Shown here: positions 8,080 to 16,353 of the stretch, one piece after another
Position numbering within the stretch: position 1 is the stretch's first letter
Layout: each line of letters starts with the position of its first letter
Source: Micavibrio sp. UBA1664
GTDB taxonomy: Bacteria; Pseudomonadota; Alphaproteobacteria; Micavibrionales; UBA1664
Reading direction: 5' to 3'
DNA: 48,786 bases
Assembly: GCA_002320485.1 (NCBI GenBank)
Contig: DCKW01000050.1
Location: 1 to 48,786 of the forward strand
Notes under the pieces: generated by a model
Databases searched by the model: none
Seen by the model: the letters and a program-made list of their open reading frames with translations, nothing else
What the model was told of the DNA's origin: nothing
Made by a program: the position numbers and the translations under genes

Positions 8080-10312
8080 ATTTAGACTGCTTTTGATCGG
8101 TATGAATATATTTAAAGATTTTTTCTTTGAGAATATCTGTATGAATCGGTTTTGAAATATAATCCGTCATACCGGATTCAATACATTTGTTTTTGTCCTC
8201 GACCAGTGCATGGGCGGTCATACCGATAATCGGTGTGTCCTCAAAATTATTTTCTTTTTCCATGGCACGAATTTCAGAGGTGGCGGTTAAGCCATCCATT
8301 TCGGGCATCTGGACATCCATCAACACAATATCATAACGTTTTCGCTTCCACAATTCCAAGGCCTCTATTCCTGTACGCGCGACATCGTATTGAAGTCCTA
8401 TTTCCTCCATCATATAGGATAGAATAACAATATTTCCTTCATAATCCTCGACTATTAACGCGCATTGCTGAGCCTGAATAACTGAGGAAAGTTTATCGTT
8501 TAATGTACTGGCAATTTGCAGATCATCCTGATCAATTAATTGCATCAGGCGTTCCTCGACCGGCAGATAAAGTGTGAAAGTCGATCCTAGACCCTTACGA
8601 CTTACCACTTGCAAATCGCCGTCCATCAATTCAGCCAGTTTTTTGGAAATAGGTAGCCCTAATCCTGTTCCGCCATATTTTCTGGAAACACTGCTGTCAC
8701 CTTGCTTGAATTCCTTGAAAACAAAGTCCAGCATATTGTTTTCAATGCCAATTCCTGTATCTTGAACGGAGAAGGAGAGATATTTTTCTTTTTTGATCAT
8801 GTCCAGCGAGACCATCACCGTAATCATGCCCTCATCAGTGAATTTAATTGCATTCCCGATAAGATTGATCAAAATTTGCTTGATACGGTTTTCATCCCCC
8901 AGATATTCAAAGTATTTAACATCGTCATAAATAATTTTAAAATTCAAACCTTTTTCATTGGCGGGAACAGACATGATGCTGATAATTTCAGAAATAAGGT
9001 TGCCAAGAAGAAAGGGCTTATTTTCCAACTCCACTTCACCTTTTTCAATCTTTGAAAAGTCCAAAATATCGTTGACCAATCCTTTTAATGCCTTCGTACT
9101 AGTCGTAAGAGTATTGATCAGCTCCTTTTGCCGCTCATCAAAACTATCCGCCTTTTTTTGAAGAATTTCGCTGATACCGCTGATTGCGGTTAAAGGCGTT
9201 CTGATTTCATGACTCATATGCGCCAGAAAATCACTTTTGGCCGCAGAATCCTGTTCCGCCCTGATTGCATCCTGTTCCAGATTCTGTTCAAGTTTTTTAT
9301 GATCGGTAATATCACGATAGGTTCCGATAATACGAACCGCCTGCGCGTTTTCGTCACGGATAGCGAAAGCGCGGGCGTTGATCCACATGTAATGACCGGA
9401 AGAATGCCTCATTCGAAATTCGATAGAATATTCCGGCAATTCGTCATTAATATATTTCGCAGTGTGATTTCTCACCTTGTCCTTATCATCAGGATGTAAC
9501 ATGCCCTGCAATGCGCTTCGCGATGGAGAAAACTCCGCATAATTATAGCCAAGCATTTCAACCAGATATTGCGAGCAATAAATATAATTGGTTTTTATAT
9601 CCCAATCAAAAACACCCTCTCCCGCCGCCAACATGGCATATTGCAATCGTTCTTCGCTATTATATAAATCTTTACCGATAAGACGATTTTGGCGACGTAG
9701 GCGATACAAGAAATAATTTAGAACGATGAAAATTAATCCTGTAATAAAGATGAAAAAAAGTAATTCAGCTATTAGACGTTTTTGCAGACTGCCCAAGCTT
9801 ATTAATTTTTCATTCAATTCGGCATATTTTTCATCCAAAAATTTATTACGGACGGTCCGGATCTGATCTTTAAGGGTTTCTATGGATTCGGTATTTGTTA
9901 AATCAACATCCGGATCGGCAATACGGCTGTCTAGAACCTCCACTAGGTTTATATAGTAACTTTGCAATTCGATAATTTTGCTGACATTAACCGCGTTATT
10001 TTCCTCTTTCGCAATCAATTGTTCAAACGCTTGGCTGATTTCCGCCTGTTTGCCGATATATTGCTGATTAAAGATTTCGTTTTGGGTCAGAAGGTATCCT
10101 CTTTGCAGTGCAATTAAAGAAAGGATTTGACTTGAAATATCCTGAACTTCGAATATAGCCGTATGCGTGTGATCAAGCAGATTACCGGCCTCTTTAAATT
10201 CATTTTGTTTGTAGGTGGCAAAGGCTGCGGCCCCGATAAGACAAACAACCAAGGCGAAAACGGATGAAAAAAAGTTACGAGATCTAAAGAAATCCATAAC
10301 TTTATTAACCAC
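8078..10312 (-). CDS. hybrid sensor histidine kinase/response regulator (CHASE3-TM-PAS-HisKA-HATPase-REC)
   Basis: CHASE3-like N-terminus (..HTHTAIFEVQDISSQILSLIALQRGYLLT). H-box FLAHMSHEIRTPL, N-box LINLIGNAIKFT, G-boxes DTGIGI and GGTGLGL. C-terminal REC has DIVLMDVQMPEMDG and SKP. The start is uncertain: GTG 10312 or ATG 10297. Confidence 0.9.
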   Translation of the reverse strand: MVNKVMDFFRSRNFFSSVFALVVCLIGAAAFATYKQNEFKEAGNLLDHTHTAIFEVQDISSQILSLIALQRGYLLTQNEIFNQQYIGKQAEISQAFEQLIAKEENNAVNVSKIIELQSYYINLVEVLDSRIADPDVDLTNTESIETLKDQIRTVRNKFLDEKYAELNEKLISLGSLQKRLIAELLFFIFITGLIFIVLNYFLYRLRRQNRLIGKDLYNSEERLQYAMLAAGEGVFDWDIKTNYIYCSQYLVEMLGYNYAEFSPSRSALQGMLHPDDKDKVRNHTAKYINDELPEYSIEFRMRHSSGHYMWINARAFAIRDENAQAVRIIGTYRDITDHKKLEQNLEQDAIRAEQDSAAKSDFLAHMSHEIRTPLTAISGISEILQKKADSFDERQKELINTLTTSTKALKGLVNDILDFSKIEKGEVELENKPFLLGNLISEIISIMSVPANEKGLNFKIIYDDVKYFEYLGDENRIKQILINLIGNAIKFTDEGMITVMVSLDMIKKEKYLSFSVQDTGIGIENNMLDFVFKEFKQGDSSVSRKYGGTGLGLPISKKLAELMDGDLQVVSRKGLGSTFTLYLPVEERLMQLIDQDDLQIASTLNDKLSSVIQAQQCALIVEDYEGNIVILSYMMEEIGLQYDVARTGIEALELWKRKRYDIVLMDVQMPEMDGLTATSEIRAMEKENNFEDTPIIGMTAHALVEDKNKCIESGMTDYISKPIHTDILKEKIFKYIHTDQKQSK

Positions 10313-10332
10313 AATCCCATATTTTTTGCCAA

Positions 10333-10364
10333 TAAAAAAGTAGCCTGAAACAGCTTCAGGCTAC
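10333..10364 (-). terminator. rho-independent terminator after the UPF0391 gene
   Basis: 10-bp stem GTAGCCTGAA/TTCAGGCTAC. On the minus strand it is followed by T7. Confidence 0.75.
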
Positions 10365-10388
10365 TTGATCTTGCAATTTTTAAATCTA

Positions 10389-10565
10389 TCAAACCCTTGG
10401 TGCACGGCCTCGCAAGGCATTTGCAACAAGCGCAAGTAAGAAGAGCACGATGAATACAAAAAATATGATTTTTGCAATTTCAACGGATACGGCGGCAACA
10501 CCACCAAACCCTAGAACGGCGGCAATAAGTGCCACAACCAAAAAGGTAAGAGCCCAACCTAACAT
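10389..10565 (-). CDS. UPF0391/DUF1328 (YtjA-like) small membrane protein, 58 aa
   Basis: Absent from the ORF track (<60 aa). The translation [58 protein letters not shown] matches the highly stereotyped UPF0391 pattern. RBS AGGAGA lies 7 nt upstream. Confidence 0.85.
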   Translation of the reverse strand: MLGWALTFLVVALIAAVLGFGGVAAVSVEIAKIIFFVFIVLFLLALVANALRGRAPRV

Positions 10566-10635
10566 AAAATTATCTCCTGTTTTAAATTATACGTTACAAA
10601 ATAACTAACTGTAAAACCTTAACAAAAGTTCCGCG

Positions 10636-10661
10636 GGAACAAAATCTTTGCTCACAGCGTA
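10636..10661 (+). promoter_or_regulatory. ECF-type promoter motif GGAAC-N17-CGTA
   Basis: GGAAC at 10636-10640, CGTA at 10658-10661, only 9 nt before the ATG at 10670. It is back-to-back with an inverted GTTCC at 10628-10632. Confidence 0.45.
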
Positions 10662-10669
10662 TTTTGAGT

Positions 10670-10855
10670 ATGTTGGAAAAATACAAGGAAAGTATAGAGG
10701 CTTTGGTTGATGGAGAATTGGACTCCCGTCAAAAAAAGCACATCCTGCAATTGATTCAGCATGTTCCGGAATTGCAAGCTTACTATTCCACATTGATGAA
10801 ACAAAAATATGTTTTACAAAAATGGTGGGGCGAGGAACGTGACAAAATTCACTAA
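10670..10855 (+). CDS. small soluble protein resembling a cysteine-less anti-sigma N-terminal domain (61 aa)
   Basis: IEALVDGELDSRQKKHILQLIQHVPELQAYY follows the anti-sigma pattern (..YvDGELs......v..Hl..C..C) but lacks the Cys ligands. There is no TM segment and no SD sequence, so it may be leaderless. Confidence 0.4.
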   Translation: MLEKYKESIEALVDGELDSRQKKHILQLIQHVPELQAYYSTLMKQKYVLQKWWGEERDKIH

Positions 10856-10861
10856 GTATGC

Positions 10862-10886
10862 GGAACTAAAAACAAATTCGAACGTA
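10862..10886 (+). promoter_or_regulatory. ECF-type promoter motif GGAAC-N16-CGTA
   Basis: GGAAC at 10862-10866, CGTA at 10883-10886, 34 nt upstream of the ATG at 10920. Confidence 0.5.
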
Positions 10887-10919
10887 TGATTATTATAAAT
10901 TATTTGAAAGGAGCATATA

Positions 10920-11213
10920 ATGGCTAAAATTACTAAAACAGCAGCAGAAAACGATGTAACAAAGATCCGTGATGATATTCAGGCTTTGCAAAAACACCTT
11001 GGTGACCTGAGATCCGATATGACGGCAATGGGTAAGGTTAAGGCCGCTGAATTGAAGGAGCGTGCGAAAGATAACGTTTCATACTTGCAAGATTACGGTC
11101 GTGACCAATTTAAATATATGGAAGAAAACATTAAATCAAATCCTGCAAAATCAGTTGCAATTGCCTTTACAGCAGGTTTATTGACAAGCTTCCTGTTTAG
11201 CGGACGTAAGTAA
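10920..11213 (+). CDS. DUF883 (ElaB/YqjD-like) membrane-anchored stress protein
   Basis: 97 aa. A coiled-coil N-terminus is followed by the typical C-terminal anchor NPAKSVAIAFTAGLLTSFLFSGRK. RBS is AAAGGAG. Confidence 0.8.
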   Translation: MAKITKTAAENDVTKIRDDIQALQKHLGDLRSDMTAMGKVKAAELKERAKDNVSYLQDYGRDQFKYMEENIKSNPAKSVAIAFTAGLLTSFLFSGRK

Positions 11214-11219
11214 TTCATT

Positions 11220-11666
11220 ATGGATGCACTGCTTAAACTTGCAGAATTTGCCGTATTACAGCGGGTCATAGGTCCCTATGCCCCGTTTAATACGTTGGGT
11301 AAAGTTAAATTATTTCTAGCTTTATTCATCATTATTTTCACATTGACCGGATTGACGTTTTCGCTTGTCGGATATTATTTCTGGTTAAATGCAATTCTGG
11401 CCCAACCGCAAGCCTTGATGATTTTCGGGGCAAGTTTGATGGTTTTATCAGTTCTCATGATTTGCGGATATATGTATGCACAAATCATTAAGGAAAGGAA
11501 AAAAGCACAAATGCGTAATAAGGTTAAAGATGAAATTACCGAGGCATTGTTACTGATTGACCAGAAATTTCAGGAACATAACCCAGTGCAATCTCATCCT
11601 GCAGCATCAATCATCACTTCGGCATTATGTGGATATGCCCTTGGTGAAAAAGCAGTCCGTCGCTAA
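11220..11666 (+). CDS. two-TM membrane protein, YqjE/DUF1469-like (phage-holin-family fold)
   Basis: It lies immediately downstream of the DUF883 gene, as in the E. coli yqjD-yqjE arrangement. It has two long hydrophobic helices. Family assignment is tentative. Confidence 0.45.
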   Translation: MDALLKLAEFAVLQRVIGPYAPFNTLGKVKLFLALFIIIFTLTGLTFSLVGYYFWLNAILAQPQALMIFGASLMVLSVLMICGYMYAQIIKERKKAQMRNKVKDEITEALLLIDQKFQEHNPVQSHPAASIITSALCGYALGEKAVRR

Positions 11667-11687
11667 ACAATCAATCATGAAAAAATG

Positions 11688-11716
11688 AAACAGGGAGTTT
11701 TCTCTCCCTGTTTTTT
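11688..11716. terminator. bidirectional rho-independent terminator
   Basis: CAGGGAG-ttttct-CTCCCTG hairpin followed by T6, with an A-rich stretch on the 5' side. It sits between convergent genes. Confidence 0.75.
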
Positions 11717-13184
11717 ATTTATCTTTCATTGCTTTCTTTTTACTTTTGGCTTTTTGCCTGTTTTTCTGGTCAATAATTTTGATTGGCGCTGCGGGAGCGT
11801 TTCCTTTCTTATCCTCCCCGAAATATAATGTTTGATGCGGGAAGGGTATCTCGATATTCATTGCATCGAATTTAAATTTCATACGACGATTAAATTCACG
11901 TCCTACAGTCCATTGTTTGATAGGGCGCGTCTTAATCCGCGCCTTGATAATAACCGCACTGCTGGCCAGTTTATCAACCCCCATAATTTCCAGAGGCTCC
12001 ATAATCATATCCCCATATTCTTCTTCCCCTCGCATTTCCTGATCAATTTCTTTCAGATACTCAATAACTTCGTCAGTGTTTTCGCGATAAGCGACACCAA
12101 TATCCATAACGTAATAACTGAAATCCTTGGTCAGGTTTTCGACGATTGAAATCTCGCTAAACGGAACCGTATAAACCACACCCGACAAATCCCGTAATTG
12201 TATTTTGCGGATTGTAATACGTTCAATAACGCCTGTTTTCCCGCCAACACTTGCCACATCCCCGACCTGCACCAGATCTTCAAGAATAATAGTAAAACCG
12301 GTAAGGAAATCCTTAATCATCGTCTGCGCGCCAAGGCCGATAGCGATCCCCAACACCCCGGCCCCCGCAAGTAACGGCACGACATTGACACCGATTTCGG
12401 ATAGCAAAACAAGCATAAACAAAATTGTAAATGCGACAAAAAATACATTTCGGATAATCGGGATCAGCGTCAGCATGCGACTGGAGTGGGAGGAATCCAG
12501 TTTTTTGATATAGCTTTCAATAGCAGTATTAACACTTTCCCACACTATAATTGCAATGAATGTCACAACCAATATGTTGAGCATATTGACAAGAATCAAT
12601 TGTCCCGTACCGTTTAAAGTTAAATCACCCTCGCTAAAATCCCAGACAACAGAAAGCGTGTATAACGCAATGGATGTAACAACAAGATAACCGCCATAGC
12701 GTATATAACGTGCATAAAGACGAAACCTGTTGTGGCTTAAATCATGTTTTTCGCGCAACGTGTTGAGTCGGTCCCGCAAAAGATGCGCCAGTTTTCGCAC
12801 AATCATAATAAAGATAAACCAGACAACAATAATCCCGATAGAGGACGTTATTTGTGCGAAAAGTCCTTCGCTAATACCAAGATCAGCCACGAAATTTTCA
12901 TAAGCATTCACAAAACTGCCTGTGGTTTGCGAGAGATCCAATAGGGCTTTTTCTTCTGTGTTGTCCTCTTCCTGAATTTCCGACATGGCTTTGAGTTTAT
13001 CAAGAAAGTCCTGACGTTTTTCCTCATCTTCCAATGTCCCAATCAGGTCATTTAATTGTTCTTTACCTATCTCATTGTCAGCCTGCGATTGTTGATCTTG
13101 CGTAAGGCCGGGTATGCTCTGGGCAGTAGCACTATGAGCGCATATAATAAATAATAATGTTAAGAAACAGACAAATATCCGCAT
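11715..13184 (-). CDS. mechanosensitive ion channel (MscS family) with N-terminal signal peptide and periplasmic acidic domain
   Basis: The MscS core reads GIAIGLGAQTMIKDFLTGFTIILEDLVQVGDVASVGGKTGVIERITIRKIQLRDLSGVVYTVPFSEI. Several TM helices lie upstream of it. Confidence 0.9.
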   Translation of the reverse strand: MRIFVCFLTLLFIICAHSATAQSIPGLTQDQQSQADNEIGKEQLNDLIGTLEDEEKRQDFLDKLKAMSEIQEEDNTEEKALLDLSQTTGSFVNAYENFVADLGISEGLFAQITSSIGIIVVWFIFIMIVRKLAHLLRDRLNTLREKHDLSHNRFRLYARYIRYGGYLVVTSIALYTLSVVWDFSEGDLTLNGTGQLILVNMLNILVVTFIAIIVWESVNTAIESYIKKLDSSHSSRMLTLIPIIRNVFFVAFTILFMLVLLSEIGVNVVPLLAGAGVLGIAIGLGAQTMIKDFLTGFTIILEDLVQVGDVASVGGKTGVIERITIRKIQLRDLSGVVYTVPFSEISIVENLTKDFSYYVMDIGVAYRENTDEVIEYLKEIDQEMRGEEEYGDMIMEPLEIMGVDKLASSAVIIKARIKTRPIKQWTVGREFNRRMKFKFDAMNIEIPFPHQTLYFGEDKKGNAPAAPIKIIDQKNRQKAKSKKKAMKDK

Positions 13185-13265
13185 TAATTTTCAATCCTTG
13201 AGTATGTAATATTGCTAAAGATTAAAGCCTTTACTCTCTTTGCCAAGAGGAAATATTAATATAAT

Positions 13266-13913
13266 TTATTTCATTAATATGCGGTTTGTGCCGAGAACCG
13301 CAAAATGCGGATCAGGTATGATGGACCGTATTGCCGGTGACCCGCATTCTAAATGGCCTGTTAGGGTCCCAAATGCTGGCATAATTATTTTTTTCTCATT
13401 AAAAATAAAACAGGGGCGGCGCATTTTATGCCCTTTGTGAACCATTATATGACAAGGATGATAATGCCCGCTGATTTCACACATGGGGTTATCCGTTGCA
13501 ATATGTGTAAAGACTATCCCTGCAATATCGACCTTTTCGTGAACAACCACATTTTCGGGTGCATGTCCGCGGTCGTGATTGCCGTCAATCCAGATAAGTT
13601 CATGGCCGCTTATAATTGTATCGAATATTGACCGCGCCTGTTCAGCCATACGCTGATAACCATACTGATCGTGAAACACATCACCCAACAAGATCAAACG
13701 CTTCGGGGTCAAACGATCGCATGTTTTCTTCAGTTTATTTACGGTTTCAAAAGAATCATAAGGCGGTATAAAATTACCATGCCTGGCAAAATGCGAGGCT
13801 TTTTCAAAATGCAAATCCGATACAATGAGAGTGTTTTCACTTTGCCAGTAAAGTGCGCCGCAAAGTTGCGGTTGAAATTTATGGCCTGCGAATTCAATTG
13901 ACGGTGTCGACAC
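13266..13913 (-). CDS. pdeM: ligase-associated DNA damage response endonuclease PdeM (metallophosphoesterase)
   Basis: ALYWQSENTLIVSDLHFEK, LILLGDVFHD, GNHD and GHYHP are calcineurin-like phosphoesterase motifs in the PdeM arrangement. It overlaps the helicase 3' end by 20 nt. Confidence 0.85.
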   Translation of the reverse strand: MSTPSIEFAGHKFQPQLCGALYWQSENTLIVSDLHFEKASHFARHGNFIPPYDSFETVNKLKKTCDRLTPKRLILLGDVFHDQYGYQRMAEQARSIFDTIISGHELIWIDGNHDRGHAPENVVVHEKVDIAGIVFTHIATDNPMCEISGHYHPCHIMVHKGHKMRRPCFIFNEKKIIMPAFGTLTGHLECGSPAIRSIIPDPHFAVLGTNRILMK

Positions 13914-16353
13914 TGGCTTCCTTCAAAATTTGTTCCTCAATATCCTCAAAGATATACTCATCCCTGTCCTTGCGGGCAAGGGTTTCACGGGAAATTTGCA
14001 GAATTGTCGGAACCGCCATCGGTGAAATTTTTTGTAAAGGGCGATGAACTATATGACCGACAACCGATGTCAGGAAATGTTTAATCCGGTCGGCATCAAT
14101 CAAACCGTGACGGGCATCACGGTAGGCGGCGCGCAATAAAACATGATCTGGTTCATATTTCATCAATACATCATAAATAAGATCGCTGCTGACCAGAATT
14201 TGCTTGCCGGTTTTGGTGGTTCCCGGGTGACGTCGTTCAATCATTCCCGATATCACGGCGGCATCACGAAACAGCCGTTTCATCAATGGCGTATCTTGTA
14301 ACCATTCCTCAAAATCCTCAAATATAATCGACGGATCGAACAAGTTCTCGGGATGATCAAACGGTTTTAATGCCCACACCGCGAGGGCATAATCTGTCAT
14401 AACAAACCCCATCGGTCGTTTTTTCAGACGTTTCAATCGTCGTAAAATCAAAAAACCCAATGTTTCGTTGGCGTTGCGCCCTGCAAACGTATAAGCGACC
14501 ATGTAATATCTTTTTTCGAACGGGAATGTTTCAATCACCAGATTTTTCTCATCGGGTAGTTGCGATTTTTCATGTTGGAGTTCCAGCCATTCCCTGATCT
14601 GATCGGGGAATAAAGCCCATTGCTCGGGATGCCCTATCATCTGCCTGACCACATCCGATAAATGTGTCGATAGCGACATTCGTCCGCCTGCATAGTTGGG
14701 AACTTGCGCCTGTTTATCTTTCGAACGGGTGACTTTCACAAACGAGTTGTGGACACCCTGAAATTCCAGAACTTCTCCGCCAAACAAAAACGTATCGCCC
14801 GCCGTCATATTATTAACGAAGCTTTCCTCGATAGACCCGAGCGTTTTGTTTCTTAACATGACCTTTAAAATCGGCGCCTCGACGATTGTTCCGATATTCA
14901 TACGATATTGTCGTGCAATTTTTTTATCCCGCAAGGTGAAGCGGCCGTTATCCTCGCTTAGTCGGGCAAATCGGTCATAGGATTGCAGGGCATAGCCACC
15001 ATCCATTACAAACGACACCACATCATTGAAATCCTGCCGCGATAATGTTTTGTAGGGCCATGCCTTTTGAACCTCATCATAAAGCGCGTCCGCATAAAAT
15101 CCGCCGCTACATGCCACCCCGAACACATGTTGTGCAAGAACGTCCAACCCGCCCTCTTTTGGCTCCACACCATCCAGATTGCCTTTTTTAATTTCCGAAA
15201 TCGCGGCCAAACATTCAATATACTCAAACCGATTTGTCGGAACAAGAATGGCTCGGCTTGGCTCGTTTAAGCGGTGGTTTGACCGGCCGATCCTTTGTAA
15301 TAAACGCGATACACCCTTTGGCGCGCCAACCTGAACAACCAGATCGACATCGGCCCAGTCCAGCCCCAAATCGAGGGATGCGGTCGCCACCACACAATTG
15401 ATTGCGCCTTCTGCCATGGAGGTTTCGACCTTGCGGCGTAATTCCCTCTCTAATGATCCGTGATGAATCCCTATTTTCAGATTATCGTCGTTAATGGTCC
15501 AGAGACTTTGAAACAAATACTCCGCCTGAGATCGTGTATTGACAAATACCACCGCAATTTTGGCTTGGCTGACAGCTTTATAAATTTCGGGGATGGCGTA
15601 TCGCGCGCTATGACCGCTCCACGGCATATGATCCTGCGTTTGTAAAACTTCCACCTGCGGGGTTGTCACTGCGGGGGCGGTAACGATTTCTCCCTTTTTA
15701 CGGCACAGCCAGTCACACGCCGTTTCCCGATCATCCAGTGTTGCCGACAATCCGATCCGTTGCAGGTTTGGCGCAAACGTCGATAAACGCTCAAGATTGA
15801 GAGACAACAAATCCGCTCGTTTGGAGTGTAGAAAAGCATGAATTTCATCAATAATAATATATTTCAGATCTTTGAAATACGTTTCCGCATCCTCATAAGA
15901 TGTCATCAAGGCAAGGGATTCAGGTGTTGTCATCAGAATATCGGGGGGTCTGGTTTTTTGGCGTGCGCGTTTGGATTGCGGCGTATCGCCGGTACGGGTT
16001 TCATAGGTAATATCGAGCCCGATTTCCTCCAGTGGCCTTCCGATATTGCGATGAACATCCACCGCCAATGCCTTTAACGGCGAAATATACAGGGTGTGAA
16101 GTTTGCCGTTTGATCCGTTTTCGTGCAGGTCGACCAGTGAAGGTAAAAATCCGGCCATTGTTTTCCCCGCACCTGTAGGGGCGAATAAAATAAAATCGTG
16201 ACCTTTTCGCGCGGCGTTTAATCCCCTGATTTGATGGTCGAACCAGTGCCACCCCCTGTTATGCATCCATTGGGTTAATGGATGGTCGTGCAAAATCTGT
16301 GGAACCGCCACACCTTTAAACCTATTTGATTGTAAATGACTTTCTTGAACCAT
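13894..16353 (-). CDS. ligase-associated DNA damage response DEXH-box helicase (Lhr-like)
   Basis: Walker A is FAPTGAGKT. DEIH box is IIDEIH, followed by SAT. Helicase C has QRIGRSNH. A long Lhr-type C-terminal domain is present. I prefer the start at MVQESHL (16353); the track's extension to 16458 is unsupported. Confidence 0.9.
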   Translation of the reverse strand: MVQESHLQSNRFKGVAVPQILHDHPLTQWMHNRGWHWFDHQIRGLNAARKGHDFILFAPTGAGKTMAGFLPSLVDLHENGSNGKLHTLYISPLKALAVDVHRNIGRPLEEIGLDITYETRTGDTPQSKRARQKTRPPDILMTTPESLALMTSYEDAETYFKDLKYIIIDEIHAFLHSKRADLLSLNLERLSTFAPNLQRIGLSATLDDRETACDWLCRKKGEIVTAPAVTTPQVEVLQTQDHMPWSGHSARYAIPEIYKAVSQAKIAVVFVNTRSQAEYLFQSLWTINDDNLKIGIHHGSLERELRRKVETSMAEGAINCVVATASLDLGLDWADVDLVVQVGAPKGVSRLLQRIGRSNHRLNEPSRAILVPTNRFEYIECLAAISEIKKGNLDGVEPKEGGLDVLAQHVFGVACSGGFYADALYDEVQKAWPYKTLSRQDFNDVVSFVMDGGYALQSYDRFARLSEDNGRFTLRDKKIARQYRMNIGTIVEAPILKVMLRNKTLGSIEESFVNNMTAGDTFLFGGEVLEFQGVHNSFVKVTRSKDKQAQVPNYAGGRMSLSTHLSDVVRQMIGHPEQWALFPDQIREWLELQHEKSQLPDEKNLVIETFPFEKRYYMVAYTFAGRNANETLGFLILRRLKRLKKRPMGFVMTDYALAVWALKPFDHPENLFDPSIIFEDFEEWLQDTPLMKRLFRDAAVISGMIERRHPGTTKTGKQILVSSDLIYDVLMKYEPDHVLLRAAYRDARHGLIDADRIKHFLTSVVGHIVHRPLQKISPMAVPTILQISRETLARKDRDEYIFEDIEEQILKEASVDTVN

